A stretch of DNA of 64,000 bases from positions 291 to 64,290 of the forward strand of contig JBBIJP010000002.1 in the NCBI GenBank assembly GCA_037445935.1, given 5' to 3'. The translations under genes and the position numbers were made by a program. The stretch is from Ignavibacterium sp. Its GTDB lineage: Bacteria > Bacteroidota > Ignavibacteria > Ignavibacteriales > Ignavibacteriaceae. Positions 58,193-64,000 of the stretch are shown in pieces; the first letter of the stretch is position 1; every line of letters starts with the position of its first letter. Below the pieces are notes generated by a model. It was not told the origin of the DNA. It did not search any database and was given only the letters and a program-made list of their open reading frames with translations.

Positions 58193-58999
58193 TTAAACGG
58201 AGGGCCAAAGCCATAAAGTTATTTTTACCAAAATCATATCGAAAATAAGAATCAGCAAGGAAGATACAACAACAGCAGTGGTTGATGCTTTTCCTACTCC
58301 TTCTGTTCCGTTCGTGGTTGTATAACCTTTATAAGAGCCGACAACGCCAACTATAAATCCGAAAACGAATGTTTTTAAGATTCCCGGGATTGCATCTCCA
58401 AATTCAACAGACCTTAAAACAGAACCCAAATAAAATTCAAATGTCATATTCTGAACTAATAATACAGCAATATAAGCTCCGAATAGAGAAATAAAGATTA
58501 CATATACAGTAAGCACTGGAAGAATGAAAGTGCAAGCAAAAATTCGGGTTACAACTAAAAATTTAAACGGGTTTATTGCTCCGACTTCCATTGCATCTAT
58601 TTGTTCCGTAACTCTCATAGAACCAAGTTCAGCACCTATTCCGGAGCTGACACGACCGGCAAAAATTAAAGCTGTTATTACTGGACCAAGTTCTCTTACG
58701 ATTGAAATACCAACTGCTCCGGGTAAATTTGATTCAGCACCAAATCGGGCTAATACAGGTTGAGTTTGCATTGCCACTACCAAGCCAATTATAAAACCAG
58801 TAACACTAACAATTGGAAATGTTCTGATTCCAAGTTCGTTCATATGCTTTCTAATTTCATAAACCTCATAAGGAGGAACGAAAACGTATTTAAAGAACTG
58901 GATAGAAAAAGTCCACAAACCCGCTAACATTATAAAAAATTCGTTTAACCTTTTTTCGAGAGACAACTGGTAGGAGTAAGATAAATTTCTTTTTGCCAT
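58193..58999 (-). CDS. mlaE: MlaE-type ABC permease
   Basis: RELGPV, AGRVSSGIGAELGSMRVTEQIDAME, GTEGVGKASTTAVV; ATG 58999 preferred over GTG 59086. Confidence 0.9.
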   Translation of the reverse strand: MAKRNLSYSYQLSLEKRLNEFFIMLAGLWTFSIQFFKYVFVPPYEVYEIRKHMNELGIRTFPIVSVTGFIIGLVVAMQTQPVLARFGAESNLPGAVGISIVRELGPVITALIFAGRVSSGIGAELGSMRVTEQIDAMEVGAINPFKFLVVTRIFACTFILPVLTVYVIFISLFGAYIAVLLVQNMTFEFYLGSVLRSVEFGDAIPGILKTFVFGFIVGVVGSYKGYTTTNGTEGVGKASTTAVVVSSLLILIFDMILVKITLWLWPSV

Positions 59000-59144
59000 T
59001 ATTTTTTTTAAGAATTTGTAAACCTTTAATTGAAATTTATTAAAAATGGGTTCAGATAAAAAGTATAAATCGATATCTTTTATCACATTAAATATAGTTT
59101 TTTTGTTTTAACTTTGAGTCGAGCAGTAATTATCAATAAAAATT

Positions 59145-60878
59145 ATGAAAAAGTTACTCTCTGTTTTGATATTCTCTTGTTTGCCGTTGTTTTGGAATTG
59201 TGGTGAGAATAATAAAGCTGATATTACAAATCAAAAAAGTGATTTCAATGAAGATTTTACTAAAACAATTAGTCTCAGACTGAGTTCAACTGACTCATCT
59301 GATATTTTATTTATTCACTTAAAAGATAATTATGAAGTCCTAAAGAATTATTACTTAAGCAGGGAATTTCAGCCGGTTTTATTAAAAGATTTTAATTCAA
59401 AAAATAAATTAGACTCTTTATTGAAATATATTTATAATGCTAAATCTCACGGAATTAACCCACATATTTATTCTCCAGAAATAATTATAGATGAATTTAA
59501 TAAAGCTAATGATAAGAATATTGACTTATCACAAAGATATTTTCACCTTGCTAATACTGAACTGATTTTGGCTAACTCAATTTTGAATTACTCTGTTCAC
59601 TTAAGAGAAGGGATCGTCAATCCTTATTCGCTATTTGCTCCGGATTACGAAATTCCGATTAAGAAATTAAATGTTTCAGAATTGATAGAACCACTTCAAC
59701 AAGAGGACATTTTTATTTATCTCCACAGCATACAGCCTAAATCAGAAAGATATATCAGACTTCAGGAAGAATTAAAAAAATTCGAAGGTCTCTTGAATGA
59801 ACAATGGGAAACAATTCCAATTCCGAGCTCTAAAGTGGAACCAGGAGATAATTATCAATATATCAATCTAATTATCAAAAAACTTGCTTTACTTGTTTTC
59901 ATCGACTCCAGCAAAGTAAGTATTAAAAATTTCTCTAAGTACGATAAAAGTCTGATTGAACCGATAAAACTTTTCCAAAAATCTCACGGTCTTGCTGAAG
60001 ATGGTGTAATTGGTAAGGGCACAATTGAAAGACTAAATATTTCTCTAGAAGAATATTTGGAGAAAATTAAATTAAACTTAGAACGATTCAGATGGAATGA
60101 TTATTCCGATACTAATAAATATGTTTTAGTGAATATCCCTGACTTCAAATTAAAAATTATAGAGAACAAAGAGGAAATATTAGAAATAAAAGTTTGTACA
60201 GGTAGAAAAGTTCAATGGCAGACACCAATATTATATGGTGAATTAAGTTACTTGGTCTTAAACCCAACATGGTCTGTTCCTCAGAATATTGTTCAGGAAG
60301 AAATAATAGATGGATTGAAGAAAGACTCATTGTATTTGAAGAAACGAAGTTTCAAAGCATTCAAAGGAGGAAAGCCAGTAAGTCTCGATGAAATCGATAT
60401 AAGTGAATTGAAAACCAAGAAATATACTTTGATTCAAGATCCTGGTGCTGGAAATGCTTTAGGTAAAATTAAATTTATGTTCGATAATCCTTTCGGAGTA
60501 AATCTGCACGATACACCATCTCGTGCTGCATTCAATTATGTGAATAGAGCCGTCAGTCACGGTTGCGTTCGTGTTGAAAAGCCTTATTTATTAGCTGAGT
60601 TTTTATTGAAAGATAATTCTGATTGGACAGTAGATTATGTTAAAATTGAAACTGGTTATAGAGTATCAGACAAAAATTTGGTGAAAGAATTTCCGAGCAT
60701 AAGAAATCAGTTAAGGAAAAATTTTAGTTATGGTAAAACAACAGAGGTCAGACTGTACCAGAAAATTCCACTTTTTATTGATTATTATACTTGCTGGGTA
60801 GATGAAAACGGAATATTAAATTTCCGTGATGATGTTTATGGTAAAGATGAGATATTAAAGAAGCATCTTAGAATATAA
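59145..60878 (+). CDS. YcbB-type L,D-transpeptidase lipoprotein
   Basis: FWNC lipobox-like motif, PG-binding FQKSHGLAEDGVIG, VNIP, NPTWSVP, NALGKIKF, HDTP, SHGCVRV. Confidence 0.9.
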   Translation: MKKLLSVLIFSCLPLFWNCGENNKADITNQKSDFNEDFTKTISLRLSSTDSSDILFIHLKDNYEVLKNYYLSREFQPVLLKDFNSKNKLDSLLKYIYNAKSHGINPHIYSPEIIIDEFNKANDKNIDLSQRYFHLANTELILANSILNYSVHLREGIVNPYSLFAPDYEIPIKKLNVSELIEPLQQEDIFIYLHSIQPKSERYIRLQEELKKFEGLLNEQWETIPIPSSKVEPGDNYQYINLIIKKLALLVFIDSSKVSIKNFSKYDKSLIEPIKLFQKSHGLAEDGVIGKGTIERLNISLEEYLEKIKLNLERFRWNDYSDTNKYVLVNIPDFKLKIIENKEEILEIKVCTGRKVQWQTPILYGELSYLVLNPTWSVPQNIVQEEIIDGLKKDSLYLKKRSFKAFKGGKPVSLDEIDISELKTKKYTLIQDPGAGNALGKIKFMFDNPFGVNLHDTPSRAAFNYVNRAVSHGCVRVEKPYLLAEFLLKDNSDWTVDYVKIETGYRVSDKNLVKEFPSIRNQLRKNFSYGKTTEVRLYQKIPLFIDYYTCWVDENGILNFRDDVYGKDEILKKHLRI

Positions 60879-60889
60879 ATTTTACCATT

Positions 60890-62338
60890 TTACTTTTTCC
60901 AGAATGAAGGTGATAGAAGAAGTAAAACTGTAAATAATTCCAACCTTCCTACCAACATAAAAAAACTTAAAATCCATTTGCCTATATCAGGCAGAGATGA
61001 AAAGTTTCCAACTGGACCAACAACACCTAATCCGGGTCCTACATTTCCAAGACAAGTAGCTGAAGCTCCAATTGCGGTGAAAAAATCTAATCCTATTAAA
61101 GAAAGTATTACGACACCAATTACAAAAATCAAAATATAAATAATGAAAAATGCCTGAACATTCGAAATGATTTCTAAACTTACAGCTTTATCATTAAATC
61201 TAACAGGGATAATTGCTCTTGGATGAATTAGTCTTTTAAATTCTAACCAGCTATTTTTCAACAGTAATGAATGTCTCGCAAATTTAATTCCGCCACCAGT
61301 CGAACCAGCGCAACCACCGATAAAAAGAAGAATAAAAAATACTACTCTTGAAAAAGGCGCCCAATTTTCATAGTTCGAAGAAACAAAACCAGTCGTTGTA
61401 ACAAGAGATGTTACGTGAAAAAGAGTTTGCCTGAAAGATTCCTCAAGGTTAAAATTGTGGTGAGGACGATGAATAAACATTATGATTATGGTGGAGAAGA
61501 TTAGAAATGAGATATAAAACTTGAATTCAGAATTTTTCTTAAACACATCGAATTTCCAATGCAGCAGGTGATAATGCAATGTAAAATTCATTCCAGCAAA
61601 AAACATAAATATTATAAACACATATTGAATGAACACAGAGTCGAAGTGAGCAGTACTTGAATTCTTGGTTGAAAATCCACCAGTAGCCATTGTGGTAAAA
61701 GAATGATTAATTGCATCAAATAAACTTAAACCACCAATCATAAGAAGTATAGTTTGGGCAGCTGTTAGCAATACGTAGATGCCCCATAGTCTTTTTGCGG
61801 TTTCTTTTACTCTGGGATGAAACTTATCTTTTGTTACTCCAGGAACTTCTGCAGAAAATAATTGCATTCCTCCTATTCCCAACAAAGGCATTATTGCCAA
61901 AGACAGAACGATAATTCCCATACCACCTATCCATTGAGTCATACTTCGCCAGAATAATAGACCTGCAGGCAGAGCTTCAATATCTGATAATATCGTTGCA
62001 CCAGTAGTTGTGAAGCCTGACATAGTTTCAAAGAAAGCATCTGTAAATGATGTTATCGAACCATGAATTATGAAAGGAATTGAACCGAAAGCGGACATTG
62101 CAATCCATCCAACTGTAACAATTATATAACCTTCTCTTTTACCTAATTGTTGTTTATCAGCGTTTTTAGTAAAAAACCATAAAGTAATTCCACTTAAAAT
62201 TGTTATCGCTGCGGAAAGAAGAATTGAATATATATCATTGTGCTTGTAATAGATTGAGAACAAAATTCCCGGCAGCATCAATATTCCGGTAAGAATTAAA
62301 AGAAACCCAATTATGTTCAGGATAATTTTATAATTCAT
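60890..62338 (-). CDS. trkH: Trk potassium uptake membrane protein (paralogue 2)
   Basis: FETMSGFTTTG, WIGGMG, MATGGFS, TTTGF, GGCAGSTGGG, GNVGPG, GRLE. Confidence 0.93.
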   Translation of the reverse strand: MNYKIILNIIGFLLILTGILMLPGILFSIYYKHNDIYSILLSAAITILSGITLWFFTKNADKQQLGKREGYIIVTVGWIAMSAFGSIPFIIHGSITSFTDAFFETMSGFTTTGATILSDIEALPAGLLFWRSMTQWIGGMGIIVLSLAIMPLLGIGGMQLFSAEVPGVTKDKFHPRVKETAKRLWGIYVLLTAAQTILLMIGGLSLFDAINHSFTTMATGGFSTKNSSTAHFDSVFIQYVFIIFMFFAGMNFTLHYHLLHWKFDVFKKNSEFKFYISFLIFSTIIIMFIHRPHHNFNLEESFRQTLFHVTSLVTTTGFVSSNYENWAPFSRVVFFILLFIGGCAGSTGGGIKFARHSLLLKNSWLEFKRLIHPRAIIPVRFNDKAVSLEIISNVQAFFIIYILIFVIGVVILSLIGLDFFTAIGASATCLGNVGPGLGVVGPVGNFSSLPDIGKWILSFFMLVGRLELFTVLLLLSPSFWKK

Positions 62339-62348
62339 CAGTCTGAAT

Positions 62349-63797
62349 TTATTTTCTCCAAAATGAAGGAGAGAAGAGAATTAGAAAAGAAAATATTTCT
62401 AAACGTCCTATAATCATTATGAAACTCAATATCCACTTACCTAATTCAGGAACGCCGCTGTAATTGGTAACCGGACCTGTTGAATTTAATCCAGGGCCAA
62501 TATTTGCCAAACAAGCCGCAACAGCACCCATCGCAGATGTAGAATCCAAACCAACAATATTCAGAGAGACTGAACCTAATCCGAATATAAATAAATACAG
62601 AAGTACGAATCCGCCAGCTTTTGCAATTATGTCTGGTTGTACAGCTTTTCCATTTTGTCTTACAGGAATAATTGCTTGTGGATGGAGCAGCCTTTTAAAT
62701 TCTAATAGACTGTTTTTTAATAACAATTGGTATCTTACCATTTTAACACCACCGCTTGTTGAACCAGCACAAGCACCAAATAATAAAAGAATAAGAAATA
62801 CCTCTGTAAAAAAAGGAGCCCATTGCTGATAATCTACCGTTGCAAAGCCAGTCGAGCTTAAAACAGAGATATAACTGAAAGCAGATTGTCTGAAGGAAGA
62901 TTCTAAATCAAAACCATTATTAATTGTAAGAAAGAAAGAAGTTGTAGCAACCAGGGAAATTACTATGCCTGCATAAAATCGGAATTCACTGTCCTTAAAG
63001 TAGTTTAGTAAATTACCTTTCAAAGCCAAATAGTGCAGAGAAAAATTTGTTCCGGCAATAAACATAAACACAATTATTACGTATTCTATATAAGGAGAAT
63101 TATAATAAGCTACGCTTTGATTTTTAGTAGAAAAACCACCTGAAGCTAAAGTGCCAAAGGAATGACAAAGAGAATCAATTAGATTCATTCCTCCTGCAAG
63201 TAATAAGATAGTTTCAGCAAAAGTTAATAGAACATAAATAGCCCATAATCTTTTAGCAGTCTCTTTAACTCTTGGATGAAGCTTGTCTTTATTTGGGCCG
63301 GCTACTTCAGCTTGATATAATTGCATACCTCCAACACCAAGTAAGGGAAGAATCGCAATAGATAAAACTATTATGCCCATTCCTCCAATCCAATGAGTCA
63401 TACTTCGCCAAAATAGAAGTCCGTGTGGTAATTTTTCAATATCGCTTAGAATTGATGCTCCTGTTGTAGTAAAGCCTGAAACAGTTTCGAAGAAAGCGTC
63501 AGCTAATGAAGGGATATAACCGGAAATATAAAATGGTAAAGAACCAAATATTGACATTATAAGCCATCCTGATGTTACAATCAGATAGCCTTCTCTTTTA
63601 CCAATTTCTAAATCAAGATTTTTTCTGGTTAACAGCCAAATAATAAATCCGATGAAAGTGGTTATTGCTCCGGAAAAAAGTAAAACTAAAATATCATTAT
63701 CCTTATAGTAGATTGAGAATGGGATTGCTGTTAACATCAGGGGACCAATTATAATTAGCAGAAAACCAAGGAAGTGAAAAACGAATTTATAATTCAT
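62349..63797 (-). CDS. trkH: Trk potassium uptake membrane protein (paralogue 1)
   Basis: FETVSGFTTTG, ASGGFS, SSTGF, GACAGSTSGG, ANIGPG, GRLE. Confidence 0.93.
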   Translation of the reverse strand: MNYKFVFHFLGFLLIIIGPLMLTAIPFSIYYKDNDILVLLFSGAITTFIGFIIWLLTRKNLDLEIGKREGYLIVTSGWLIMSIFGSLPFYISGYIPSLADAFFETVSGFTTTGASILSDIEKLPHGLLFWRSMTHWIGGMGIIVLSIAILPLLGVGGMQLYQAEVAGPNKDKLHPRVKETAKRLWAIYVLLTFAETILLLAGGMNLIDSLCHSFGTLASGGFSTKNQSVAYYNSPYIEYVIIVFMFIAGTNFSLHYLALKGNLLNYFKDSEFRFYAGIVISLVATTSFFLTINNGFDLESSFRQSAFSYISVLSSTGFATVDYQQWAPFFTEVFLILLLFGACAGSTSGGVKMVRYQLLLKNSLLEFKRLLHPQAIIPVRQNGKAVQPDIIAKAGGFVLLYLFIFGLGSVSLNIVGLDSTSAMGAVAACLANIGPGLNSTGPVTNYSGVPELGKWILSFIMIIGRLEIFSFLILFSPSFWRK

Positions 63798-63799
63798 GG

Positions 63800-64000
63800 C
63801 TATTTAAATAATTTCTCTACATCTGAGACTAAATCAGGCAAACAAATTACTACGACTCTATCGCCAGGTTTGATCTGAGTATCACCTGTTGCAATGATTG
63901 ACTCTTCACCACGAACAAGACCTCCGACTATTACTCCCTTAGGAAAATAAACATCTCTGATTTTATCTTTGGTAACTTCAGAGCCGCTGGTGGCTTTAAA
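63800..64000 (-). CDS. trkA: TrkA C-terminal (RCK-C) fragment; gene starts outside window
   Basis: Hand translation FKATSGSEVTKDKIRDVYFPKGVIVGGLVRGEESIIATGDTQIKPGDRVVVICLPDLVSDVEKLFK*; TAG at 63802-63800. Confidence 0.88.
   Translation of the reverse strand, partial: FKATSGSEVTKDKIRDVYFPKGVIVGGLVRGEESIIATGDTQIKPGDRVVVICLPDLVSDVEKLFK

Noticed and set aside
59000-59086. 29-aa N-terminal extension of MlaE from GTG 59086
   Set aside because: It would fill most of the divergent promoter region; ATG 58999 gives a typical MlaE length.
61930-63420. Nucleotide repeats between 61.9 kb and 63.4 kb (e.g. GAGTCATACTTCGCCA)
   Set aside because: They are conserved segments of the two trkH paralogues.
1-64000. 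tRNA, rRNA, CRISPR arrays, transposases, integrases, known riboswitches
   Set aside because: None was recognised. Intergenic gaps are short and lack cloverleaf or repeat-spacer patterns. A covariance-model search was not possible, so small ncRNAs cannot be excluded.

Overview
AT-rich (about 30% GC, estimated by eye) bacterial chromosome segment. Gene content and order, T9SS C-terminal domains and TTG-N20-TAnnTTTG promoters point to the FCB group, most like Ignavibacteria; this placement is inference. The window is mostly housekeeping: photolyase, manB, rnhB/yraN, rimP-nusA-infB-rbfA-truB-ribF-rpsO-pnp-rne/rng-tal-gcvT-comB-ftsK-lolA-uppP, a PPIase/SurA-moxR cluster, ppdK-queA-ispD-sbtAB, a lipid A/smc operon, mlaEFD, an L,D-transpeptidase and trkA-trkH-trkH. 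No rRNA, tRNA, CRISPR array, transposase or prophage gene was seen. Most notable: (1) a tightly coupled 8-gene operon joining lpxB, DUF374 and lpxK to an ICMT/Ste14-family methyltransferase (candidate lipid A methylation), a HAD phosphatase, smc and a membrane-anchored, catalytically degenerate GH2-fold protein; (2) a 102-aa protein with four Cys pairs and an ATC start that the ORF track missed; (3) a HisH homologue with no catalytic triad, coupled to mlaEFD; (4) a 30-nt GC-rich tandem palindrome inserted in frame into a T9SS sorting domain; (5) strong depletion of CATG; (6) candidate cis-regulatory RNAs before rimP, rpsO and rne/rng. Scattered substitutions at conserved sites and two frameshifts suggest possible assembly noise. 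All calls come from motif recognition by eye; no database search was run.
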